The translations under genes and the position numbers were made by a program. This document shows, piece after piece, positions 29,789 through 38,378 of a DNA stretch of 64,000 nucleotides (positions are counted from its first letter, which is position 1; each line of letters starts with the position of its first letter). Origin of the DNA: Candidatus Doudnabacteria bacterium (GTDB taxonomy: Bacteria > Patescibacteriota > Doudnabacteria > UBA920); the NCBI GenBank assembly GCA_963768175.1, contig CAVYGQ010000001.1, positions 382,305-446,304 on the forward strand, read 5' to 3'. The notes under the pieces were generated by a model, which worked only from the letters and a program-made list of their open reading frames with translations, did not search any database and was not told where the DNA came from.

Positions 29789-30850
29789 TTAATTGCTTGG
29801 GTTAATATAAACTCCGGAGTAAGCTATTTGCGGCAATGCGGGATCTATTAAAATATAATTAATGAATCCGGCGGTTACAATGCCTTGGGTCTGCCAGCTT
29901 AAACCGCCATCCAAAGATTTGTAAACTGTACCACCCACGCTGACATAAATTATACTGCTGTTGTCTCTGGAAACGGCTATGGCGCGGGCTGGATTCTGGC
30001 CCGGCTGGACAGGCAGGCTTTGCGCCGTCCAAGTTTGCCCGCCGTCCAAGCTTTTATACAAACCTTTGTCCGTAGTCAAGTAAACCAGGCTGGGGGTTTT
30101 CAAATCGCTATAGAACTGATGATAAGCCCCGACTTCGGAATTCCCAGCAATATAATCAATGCTGGCCACACCACCGGTGTTTTTGAAACCGGCGGTGAGT
30201 TCGGTAAAAGTCGTTCCGGAATCGGTGGATTTATATAAACCTTTATCTTTTAATAAAACAAAAATATTGTCCTGCCATAAAACTTCGTTAACCTGATCGT
30301 TAAAGTTGTTGGCCAACTGCCAGGTTATGCCGCTATCGGAGCTTTTAACCACACTTCCTAAAGTTGTGCCAATGACCATTTGATTGGAATTGGCCGAGTT
30401 AATGGCTACCGAACGCACCGGATTGGATGCGGTGGCTTCGTGATAAACTTCATTCCAGCTGGCTCCGCCGTCCGTGGTTTTTAGCAAACAGCCGTGGCTC
30501 ACACATAAACCCGCGGCATAAATTATTTTGGAATTTTGTGGGTTTATGGCAAAATCATAAACTTGGATGTTAGACAAAATGTTTGACCAAGTAGCGGCGG
30601 AGTCCTGGGATTCATACAATCCGTTGGTATAGGTGCCGGCAAAAACCGTCTGGCTGTTAGAAGGATCAAACGCCAGTTTGGAAATGTAAGTTGATGACAA
30701 ACTTCCGGTCCCAGTTTTCAAGGTGTCGGCCGGCCTCCAGTCCGCTCCGCCGTTTACCGTCTTAAATACCCCCGCCTGCACTGGAGCCGCAAAAGGATTA
30801 CAAGCGGCGGATATTAATACCACGCTAACTATTAAAATAATCTTTTTCAT
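29789..30850 (-). CDS. Lipoprotein with BNR/Asp-box repeats (YCF48/sortilin-like beta-propeller)
   Basis: Lipobox ISAAC; repeated S.DGG.TW. Confidence 0.8.
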   Translation of the reverse strand: MKKIILIVSVVLISAACNPFAAPVQAGVFKTVNGGADWRPADTLKTGTGSLSSTYISKLAFDPSNSQTVFAGTYTNGLYESQDSAATWSNILSNIQVYDFAINPQNSKIIYAAGLCVSHGCLLKTTDGGASWNEVYHEATASNPVRSVAINSANSNQMVIGTTLGSVVKSSDSGITWQLANNFNDQVNEVLWQDNIFVLLKDKGLYKSTDSGTTFTELTAGFKNTGGVASIDYIAGNSEVGAYHQFYSDLKTPSLVYLTTDKGLYKSLDGGQTWTAQSLPVQPGQNPARAIAVSRDNSSIIYVSVGGTVYKSLDGGLSWQTQGIVTAGFINYILIDPALPQIAYSGVYINPSN

Positions 30851-30940
30851 ATAGCGACCCTAATATCCGAATGTCATCCGAATTATCCGAATCAAACCCT
30901 TTCGGGTCATTCGGGTTTTAATTCGTATCATTCGGATCGG

Positions 30941-31792
30941 TTATATTTTAAGCAATAGCCCTTGCAAAATTAATTTTTTATTTTTATTCCGCTTTAAACC
31001 CTGCAAACAATCACCCAACGCCCGGACCTTTGTATAATCCTCCGGGTTTTCCGCCAGCCGGCCACTCTGCCACATTAGCCAAGTCTGTAAATTTTTTGCC
31101 AAATCTTCTACTTCCAATTCCGCCAAGCTGCTTATTGACATCAATTTTTCCCCAAGGCGCATTTTTTGAAAATTTTTATACTGCTCAACGGTTTTTTCCT
31201 CGCTGCTTAAAAATTCAATGTCTAAGGATAATTTTTTTAAGCGCGCCGGACTGCCAAAACTTAAATCCTGTATGGGCCCGGTTAATTTTAATTTTTCGCG
31301 TTTGGCGAACTCTTTCAGCTGGTTTTTACTAAACGGACTAAAATTCAACACCTGGCAACGGGAAACAATGGTCGGCAAAAGGCGCGCGGAGTCGGCAGTC
31401 AAGATAATAAGGCTGCTGATTGATGTTTCTTCCAAAGTCTTCAGCAGCGCGTTGGCGGCCTGTAAATTAAGGTTTTGGGCGTTGTTGATTATGGCAACTT
31501 TCTTTTGGGCCAAAAAAGGCTTAAAAGAAAGCCGGGAAATAAGGTCTAAAATCGGCTCCACGGTAATTTCGCCGCCTTGGTCCAACATGAAAAAATCGGG
31601 ATGGGTGCTTAATTTTTCGGTCCCTAAAACCTTTTGCGCAAACTCCTGCGCCAAAGTTTTTTTGCCGACACCCTTGGGTCCGGCAAACAAATAAGCGTGG
31701 GGAAACTTTTGCACCCCGATTTGCTTATTTAAAATAGATTTTACGGCATCATGGCCGAAAGTTTGCCAAATTTCCGCGGCTGGAGTTTCCAT
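30941..31792 (-). CDS. holB: DNA polymerase III delta' subunit
   Basis: HAYLFAGPKGVGK, HPD, AANALLKTLEE, LLPTIVSRC. Confidence 0.9.
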   Translation of the reverse strand: METPAAEIWQTFGHDAVKSILNKQIGVQKFPHAYLFAGPKGVGKKTLAQEFAQKVLGTEKLSTHPDFFMLDQGGEITVEPILDLISRLSFKPFLAQKKVAIINNAQNLNLQAANALLKTLEETSISSLIILTADSARLLPTIVSRCQVLNFSPFSKNQLKEFAKREKLKLTGPIQDLSFGSPARLKKLSLDIEFLSSEEKTVEQYKNFQKMRLGEKLMSISSLAELEVEDLAKNLQTWLMWQSGRLAENPEDYTKVRALGDCLQGLKRNKNKKLILQGLLLKI

Positions 31793-31943
31793 AACAATGA
31801 TGTAGTTTTTCGATTTCTATGTTTAAATTATAACATCAAAAACCGCTTTAAGCAAAAAGTAGGTTAGGGGCATGTCTCGCTAACAAGGGGCATCCTTGTG
31901 CTGCACAAGGATGCCCCTTGTTTTTTAGATAATGCCAAATTTA

Positions 31944-32459
31944 CTACTGGTCTACATTAACCGTAAAAACCATATTTGGATGCAGATTGTCATCAAAGCT
32001 CCAACTGCCGGCTTTGGTAAATTGAAACTTGTATTCGGCACCAGAGGCAATAGGTTTAGATGGGTTAAAGTTGGGATAAGCTGCTAGAGTGTCAGCCGAG
32101 CCGGTCACGGGCCAAAAATCTCCCGTGCTTTTGTTCTTAAAAAATATATAGTCCCCAACTTTTAAGTTAGTGACTTTCGGCAAATAGGCGGTGCCGTCAA
32201 AATCCACCTCGGAAACCTGGATGTTGGAGCCGACATTTTCACCTCCGCCCTGAGCCTCGGGCGGAGTATAATCCGCTTTAGTACCCCCTTTAACATTGGT
32301 TTGGGTTTGCGGTGTAGTTGTTTGTGCGGGAACCTGGTTTTGCGCAGGCGCGAACTGGGAGTTTTCCACTGTCGGGGCTTTTGCTTCCTGTTTGCTGTAA
32401 AAATAAAAGACCGCCCCTAAAACAACCAAAATAATAATAACGATAATAGTCTTTTTCAC
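31944..32459 (-). CDS. Membrane-anchored cupredoxin-like protein
   Basis: N-terminal TM; KVGD.I.F.N, FQFTKAGSWSF.DNLHP; GTG start supplied by the repeat arm. Confidence 0.65.
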   Translation of the reverse strand: MKKTIIVIIILVVLGAVFYFYSKQEAKAPTVENSQFAPAQNQVPAQTTTPQTQTNVKGGTKADYTPPEAQGGGENVGSNIQVSEVDFDGTAYLPKVTNLKVGDYIFFKNKSTGDFWPVTGSADTLAAYPNFNPSKPIASGAEYKFQFTKAGSWSFDDNLHPNMVFTVNVDQ

Positions 32460-32777
32460 CCCGTTAGAAACAATCATTTTAAGGCTCCTTTCAAATTTCA
32501 GTAATTACCCCATTAAAAAAGTAGTTTCTAACGGGGTTCATAAACCTTAATGTTAATGATATACTATCATTATAATTATACCACCATTTATGAGAAAGAA
32601 AATTACCGATGAGTTCGCGACAAAAGCCAAAAAACGCGAAATAAAAAAACGCCTGCGCATGAAAATGCACGGCGCAGGATTAAAAAAATTAATTGTGCAC
32701 GCCGGGAAAAAATTAACAACAAAAAGATAGTATTTCTTTTTATTGTTATCCCGAACGGAGTAAGGGATCTCTTTACC

Positions 32778-33752
32778 ATGATTCATAATTCCAAATCCAA
32801 ACTTTTAATCATCATCGGCCCAACCTCTTCCGGCAAATCCGGGTTGGCAGTTGTGCTGGCAAAAAAATTTAACGGCGAAATAGTTTCCTGCGACAGCCGG
32901 CAAATTTATAAAGCAATGGGTTTGGGCACCGGGAAGGTGGCCGGAAAATGGTTAAAATCAAATACTTGCTTAAACCGCGGCCGCGGTTTTAACGAGTATT
33001 TCATTTACAAAGGCATCGTCCACCATCTTATTGATCTTATAAATCCCAAAAAACAATACTCCGCGGCTTTATTCCAGCGTGACGCCAAAAAAATAATTGC
33101 TGATATCATCGCGCGCGGCAAACTCCCCATTCTCTGCGGTGGCACCGCGCACTGGATTGACGCAGTGATTTACGATCAACAACTGCCGGACGTAAAACCC
33201 GATGCCAGATTGCGCAGGCAATTAGGACGGCTTTCGGCCGAGTGCTTATTCGCACGAATTAGCCGACTTGATTCGCAACGCGCAAAAACAATAGATAGGC
33301 ACAACAAACGCCGCCTTATCCGCGCTCTGGAAATTGTTATCTTAAGCGGCAAACCTGTGCCGCCCTTTGGCGGCATCCCGAGCGAACGAAGTAAATCGAG
33401 AGGTCCGTACGATACCCTTTGGCTCGGCCTCAACCCACCGCAAAACATCTTATTTGCCGAAATAAAAAAACGCCTTAAGCAGCGCCTTAACGCAGGAATG
33501 ATAAAAGAAGTAAAACAACTACATCGCCACGGGCTGTCTTACAAGCGTCTGAAATCATTCGGCCTGGAATACAAATTCGTCAGCCTTTATTTACAAAAAA
33601 GGCTTAGCTACGATAAAATGTTTGAACAACTCTTCACCGCCATCAAACAATACTCCAAACGCCAAATGACCTGGTGGAAAAAAAATAAAGATATTAGATG
33701 GATAAAAAACGAACAACGAATCGAAAAGATTGTAAAAAATTTCCTCAAGTAA
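32778..33752 (+). CDS. miaA: tRNA dimethylallyltransferase
   Basis: GPTSSGKS, DSRQIY, GGT, RRLIRALE, YSKRQMTW. Confidence 0.96.
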   Translation: MIHNSKSKLLIIIGPTSSGKSGLAVVLAKKFNGEIVSCDSRQIYKAMGLGTGKVAGKWLKSNTCLNRGRGFNEYFIYKGIVHHLIDLINPKKQYSAALFQRDAKKIIADIIARGKLPILCGGTAHWIDAVIYDQQLPDVKPDARLRRQLGRLSAECLFARISRLDSQRAKTIDRHNKRRLIRALEIVILSGKPVPPFGGIPSERSKSRGPYDTLWLGLNPPQNILFAEIKKRLKQRLNAGMIKEVKQLHRHGLSYKRLKSFGLEYKFVSLYLQKRLSYDKMFEQLFTAIKQYSKRQMTWWKKNKDIRWIKNEQRIEKIVKNFLK

Positions 33753-33884
33753 CTAAATAGTTACCACCGGTTAATTGCTAGTGGGAAAGTTGTACAAATG
33801 TACAACTTTCCCACTATTTAGTTTAAAAGATAAGCACTTGCAACTTTTAATTAATATATATATACTGCCTCCTAAGGAGGCCTG

Positions 33885-34226
33885 ATGCCGGCACAGATCG
33901 TAGATGGCGATCTGGTGATTACACCAGCGCCAAAAACAACGGTTCGCCCGCTAAATGAGGAATGTGGAGGTCTCGCTGGAGACCTTGCCACCGCTAAATG
34001 CGCACCCGATGGAGAGCTGGTAGCGGCGGCCATTCCCGGAGTTGGAGAACTCCGAGGAAGAATGGAAAGCCTTCGAGGCAGCCCACCCCTCGGAAACCAA
34101 CCCGTTAAACGGGCTTCGCACGGAGCTCGATTGATGGCCGGAGTTCAACAACCATGCCGCGAGGACCTAGAGGTACCTCGCGGCGTTCTCTTTTCTTTAT
34201 TGTTCGAGCTTATCGAGAACCAATAA
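33885..34226 (+). CDS. Hypothetical ORF within a structured GC-rich transcript
   Basis: Promoter TTGCAA-17-TATACT (33838-33866) and SD AAGGAGG; the ORF runs through a terminator-like hairpin. Confidence 0.4.
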   Translation: MPAQIVDGDLVITPAPKTTVRPLNEECGGLAGDLATAKCAPDGELVAAAIPGVGELRGRMESLRGSPPLGNQPVKRASHGARLMAGVQQPCREDLEVPRGVLFSLLFELIENQ

Positions 34227-34258
34227 AAATATATTCTCCACAAGGTCGAATGATATTT

Positions 34259-35776
34259 TTATTGACTTAACTTCTTTCTCAATAACTCATTAATCACCTG
34301 CGGATTGCCTTTGCCTTTAAGCTCTTTCATGGTTTGACCAACCAGGAAACCAAACGACTTTTCCTGGCCGGCTTTATAGTCGGTAACTGCTTTTGCGTTG
34401 GCCGCGATGACTTTATCAATTGCCGATGATATAGCCCCTGTATCCGATGTCTGTTCCAACCCTAAATCAGCCACAATGGAAAGCGGCTCGCCGCCTTTTT
34501 CAAACATGACTTTAAATACGGTTTTAGCCGCGCTGCCGGAAATTTTCCCCTGCTGGATAAGTTTTAACAGTTCGGCAAAATTTTCCGGTTTAACCTCTGA
34601 ATCCGCAGGATTTATAAGTTTTGCGTTTAACATGGCGCTAAAGTCCTGCAAGCACCAATTGGCCGCCTGTTTGATCAATGTATTACGATCCAGCCCTTTC
34701 TTGCCCTCCGTAGCTTCAGCGGTGGAGGGTTCCTGTTCTAGCCACTCAGCTATCTCGCTTACGACCTCCTCAAAATAGTTTGCCAATTCCTTCCAATTAA
34801 TCAAATTTTCAACATCGGCCTCGGGCAAACCGAATTCTTCCAAAAACCGCTTGCGCTTTTGCGCCGGCAATTCCGGCATTTCATCTCTCAATTTATCCAA
34901 ATATTCTTCGGTAAAGTGCAGCACCGGCAAATCCGGCTCCGGGAAATACCGATAGTCGTTGGCTTCTTCCTTGCTCCTTTGCTCAACCGTAACGCCGTCT
35001 TTTTCGTTCCAGCCCATGGTCACCTGCTTGGGAATTTTGCCTTCTTTTAAGATTTCCGTCTGCCGCGCGATTTCGTAATTAACCGCAGCTTCGGCAAATT
35101 TAAATGAGTTGATATTCTTTACCTCCACTTTATATTTAGGTAAGGTTGCCTCTCCGGGCTTGCGCACGGAAATATTAGGTTCACAACGCATGGTCCCCTT
35201 TTCCATATCACAATCCGATGCGCCGAGGTAACGAATGATATTTCTCAACTCCGTTAAAAATACTTTAACCTCTTCCCCGCTTTCTATTTCCGGCTCTGTG
35301 ACAATTTCCAAAAGCGCGCAACCGGCTCTGTTATAATCCACCAGAGAATAAGACAAGCCTTCGGGATGGATATTTTTGCCCGCGTCTTCTTCCAAATGGA
35401 CACGAGTAATTCCAATCCGCTTGGTTTTATCCCCTATTTTTATATCCAGATATCCCTTTTTTGATATTGGCTTGTCATACTGCGAAATTTGGTAGCCCTT
35501 GGGCAAGTCCGGATAAAAATAATGTTTGCGGTCAAATTTGGACCACTCGTCAATCGTACAATTTAAAGCCAAGCCCACCATCGCGGCCAAGCGAATGGCT
35601 TCTTTGTTTGCCACCGGCAAGGTCCCGGGCTGGGCCGTGACAATTTCATCTATGTTGGTGTTCGGCGTTTTCTCGTCCGGATTATTCGGAGCCGGTGAAA
35701 ACATCTTGCTCTTGGTGGCAAGCTCCACGTGGATTTCAAATCCAATGACTGGTTTGTATTCTTGGTGAGTTTCCAT
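34259..35776 (-). CDS. gatB: Asp/Glu-tRNA amidotransferase subunit B
   Basis: IGFEIHVEL, FDRKHYFYPDLPKGYQISQ, YRYFPEPDL. Confidence 0.98.
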   Translation of the reverse strand: METHQEYKPVIGFEIHVELATKSKMFSPAPNNPDEKTPNTNIDEIVTAQPGTLPVANKEAIRLAAMVGLALNCTIDEWSKFDRKHYFYPDLPKGYQISQYDKPISKKGYLDIKIGDKTKRIGITRVHLEEDAGKNIHPEGLSYSLVDYNRAGCALLEIVTEPEIESGEEVKVFLTELRNIIRYLGASDCDMEKGTMRCEPNISVRKPGEATLPKYKVEVKNINSFKFAEAAVNYEIARQTEILKEGKIPKQVTMGWNEKDGVTVEQRSKEEANDYRYFPEPDLPVLHFTEEYLDKLRDEMPELPAQKRKRFLEEFGLPEADVENLINWKELANYFEEVVSEIAEWLEQEPSTAEATEGKKGLDRNTLIKQAANWCLQDFSAMLNAKLINPADSEVKPENFAELLKLIQQGKISGSAAKTVFKVMFEKGGEPLSIVADLGLEQTSDTGAISSAIDKVIAANAKAVTDYKAGQEKSFGFLVGQTMKELKGKGNPQVINELLRKKLSQ

Positions 35777-35804
35777 ACGAATAATATCCTTACTAAATTT
35801 CTGA

Positions 35805-36074
35805 TTAGTCGTTTGCCATACTTACTCTTTTTTTGCGTTCTTCTTCCAATTTCCCCCGAAGTTCGTTAATTTGTCGGTCAATATAATTATAGGAATCCGG
35901 GCTTGTCGATTTTCCACGTTCTGTCTCCTTAAGTATAATTTGTCGCCTTAACTCAATTTCCGCATCTGAATAAGAACAGTCGAGATGGTTAACGCGATAA
36001 GATTCCAGCCAAGCTTTTGGGTTTCTCAAAAGTTCTTCACGATGTCGTTCAAAATCTTCTAAAGATTCCGGCAT
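35805..36074 (-). CDS. Hypothetical protein inserted between gatA and gatB
   Basis: 89-aa charged ORF with tight spacing. Confidence 0.6.
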   Translation of the reverse strand: MPESLEDFERHREELLRNPKAWLESYRVNHLDCSYSDAEIELRRQIILKETERGKSTSPDSYNYIDRQINELRGKLEEERKKRVSMAND

Positions 36075-36080
36075 ATTTAT

Positions 36081-37565
36081 CTATTTAATTAAAGGATGTT
36101 TCTTATGCCACTCCGTAACCTGCTGGTAGGCGTAGCCGACGTTAAAAATCTTCTGTTCGCCCCATTGCGGGCCGATTATCTGCAGGCCAGCCGGCAGACC
36201 GTCCATAGAAGGGGTCGTGCCGTCAGTCGGGCGGGCAAAGCCGCAAGGCACGGAAATGGCAGGCAAACCGGCTAAATTGCAATTGACTACCAAACGGTCG
36301 GCAATATAAGCAAAAATCGGGTCGTTTTGAGCAATGCCGGATTTAGGCGCCACATTGGGCTGGGTCGGCGTCAGTAAAACATCTACCTCTTTAAACACTT
36401 CAGCGAACTCGTTTACCAGCAACCGGCGAATTTTTTGCGCGCGCTTGTAATAAGCGTCGTAATAGCCGGCAGACAAAACATAAGTGCCGGTCATAATCCT
36501 TCTTTTGGCTTCGTCGCCAAAACCTTCGGCGCGGCTCTTGGTATAAACTTCCATTAAGTCTTTGGCTTCTTTGGTTACATGGCCAAAACGTATACCGTCA
36601 TATTTAGCCAAATTGGAACTGATTTCCGAAGGGCAAATAATCGCATAAACCATCTGGCCGTAATGAGTGTTCGGCAGGCTGACTTCCACTAACTCCGCCC
36701 CCAACCGCTCAACCTGCTTAATAGCCTCATTCACCCGTTGTTCCACTTCTGGTTCCATTCCTTCCAAAAAATATTCTTTGGGAATGCCGATTTTAATACC
36801 CTTTAAATCGCGCGTTAAATGCTTGTAGTATGCCGGCACTTCCATCGGTCCGGTGGTCGCGTCTTTAGGATCAAGGCCGGCGATGTATTCAGCAATATAA
36901 GCGGCGTCTTCCGCGGACAAACACAAAAATCCCTGTGTGTCCATGCTGGAAGCCATGGAGATAACGCCATAGCGCGAAACGCGGCCGTAGGTCGGCTTGT
37001 AGCCGGTAATGCCGCACATGCTTGCCGGACCACGAATGCTGCCGCCGGTATCCGTCCCCAGCGCGTACGGACAAAGGCCCGCGGCTACCGCCGCCCCGCT
37101 GCCGCTGGAAGATCCGGCCGGCATCCTGGTTTTATCCCAGGGGTTTTTGGTAAATCCGTAAGCCGAACTCTCCCCGCTTGAGCCGTGCGCAAATTGGTCT
37201 TGGTTGGTTTTGCCTACCAGTACCGCCTTCTGCCCTTTTAATTTTGCGATGACGGTGGAATCGTAAGGTGGAATATATTGGTCCAAAATTTTTGATGCCG
37301 CCGTGGTACGGATTCCCTTAGTGCAAAACATATCTTTAGCCGCGTAAGGGATGCCGCACAAAAACGGATTTTCGCCCGGGGAATTAATAAAATCGTCGGC
37401 ATCCTTTGCCTGCTTTAAGGCCTGCTCTTCCGTAACGGTAAGAAACGCGTTTAAATCGCTCTTTTTTATCCGCGACAAAAAATACTTCGTCAGTTCAACG
37501 GAGGAGACTTTCTTTTCATCGAGCAATTTTCTAAGCTCAGTAAGTTGTAAAAATTCAAAGTTCAT
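36081..37565 (-). CDS. gatA: Asp/Glu-tRNA amidotransferase subunit A
   Basis: Amidase signature GSSSGS, GTDTGGSIR, KRRIMTGTYVLSAGYYDAYY. Confidence 0.97.
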   Translation of the reverse strand: MNFEFLQLTELRKLLDEKKVSSVELTKYFLSRIKKSDLNAFLTVTEEQALKQAKDADDFINSPGENPFLCGIPYAAKDMFCTKGIRTTAASKILDQYIPPYDSTVIAKLKGQKAVLVGKTNQDQFAHGSSGESSAYGFTKNPWDKTRMPAGSSSGSGAAVAAGLCPYALGTDTGGSIRGPASMCGITGYKPTYGRVSRYGVISMASSMDTQGFLCLSAEDAAYIAEYIAGLDPKDATTGPMEVPAYYKHLTRDLKGIKIGIPKEYFLEGMEPEVEQRVNEAIKQVERLGAELVEVSLPNTHYGQMVYAIICPSEISSNLAKYDGIRFGHVTKEAKDLMEVYTKSRAEGFGDEAKRRIMTGTYVLSAGYYDAYYKRAQKIRRLLVNEFAEVFKEVDVLLTPTQPNVAPKSGIAQNDPIFAYIADRLVVNCNLAGLPAISVPCGFARPTDGTTPSMDGLPAGLQIIGPQWGEQKIFNVGYAYQQVTEWHKKHPLIK

Positions 37566-37592
37566 CAAAGTGAGTAGTGAGTAGTGCTACAA

Positions 37593-37943
37593 TTACTTAA
37601 GTTTTGCTGTTAAAGAATTAAGCATTTTCAATACTTCCAAATTCAAGCTTTCTGCTGTCGAATAATCTATTTTTGAATATAATCTTTTTGCAATAATCAG
37701 TTGTGTTTCAAGTTCCGCCGCAGAGCCAAAGGATATACCCAAATGCTGATTAAATTCTAGGGTATGATTCCGACATGCACCTTCCGCAATATTTGAAGCG
37801 ATACTAACCGAAGCCCTTTGCATCTGGGAACTCAATCCAAATTTTTCTTCCGGCGGGAACAGCTTAGTAATTTTATAAATTTCAATAACTAACTCTATAC
37901 TTTTTTGCCAAACAATCAATTCTTTATAATTTTGGACTTTCAT
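37593..37943 (-). CDS. Four-helix-bundle protein (23S rRNA IVP/Avd-like), flanked by inverted heptamer repeats
   Basis: L.VWQKS, FP.EEKFGLSSQMQRASVSIASNIAEG, GS..ELETQL. Confidence 0.93.
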   Translation of the reverse strand: MKVQNYKELIVWQKSIELVIEIYKITKLFPPEEKFGLSSQMQRASVSIASNIAEGACRNHTLEFNQHLGISFGSAAELETQLIIAKRLYSKIDYSTAESLNLEVLKMLNSLTAKLK

Positions 37944-37979
37944 GGTTTTTTCTAATCACTAAACACTACTCACTACCCA

Positions 37980-38261
37980 CTAAAGAATAGCCTTTACCTT
38001 GTAAAACCCGTCTTTCATTTCGGGGGCCTGGGAAAAAATTTCCTGATGGTTTTGGGCTACCACCGCTTTGTCGTCCCGCTGGACATTAACCAAACCGGTA
38101 ACTTCAAAGACCTCGTCTACCCCAGAAACGTCAACTTTTTTTAATTCATCGACAAACTCCAAAACCGTGGAAAGGTCTTTTTGGTACTTTTCCACTTCGG
38201 TTTCCGTTAAATGGATTCTGGCCAACTTGGAAAGTTTTATGACTTCTTCTCGTGTAAGCAT
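37980..38261 (-). CDS. gatC: Asp/Glu-tRNA amidotransferase subunit C
   Basis: MLTREEVIKLSKLARI, R.D, AP....GFYKV; start moved. Confidence 0.93.
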   Translation of the reverse strand: MLTREEVIKLSKLARIHLTETEVEKYQKDLSTVLEFVDELKKVDVSGVDEVFEVTGLVNVQRDDKAVVAQNHQEIFSQAPEMKDGFYKVKAIL

Positions 38262-38378
38262 GGATAAATTATACAAAATTCTGACAGTATTTGCAACATC
38301 ATACGCTACAAAGAGACTCTTTGCGCCACGCAAAGAGTCTCTTTGTCTTTTGTGTTTAAATTTTGTCAATTTTAGCAA

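Noticed and set aside
37593-37943. Diversity-generating retroelement suggested by the Avd-like gene
   Set aside because: No reverse transcriptase and no TR/VR pair with adenine-specific mismatches seen in the window
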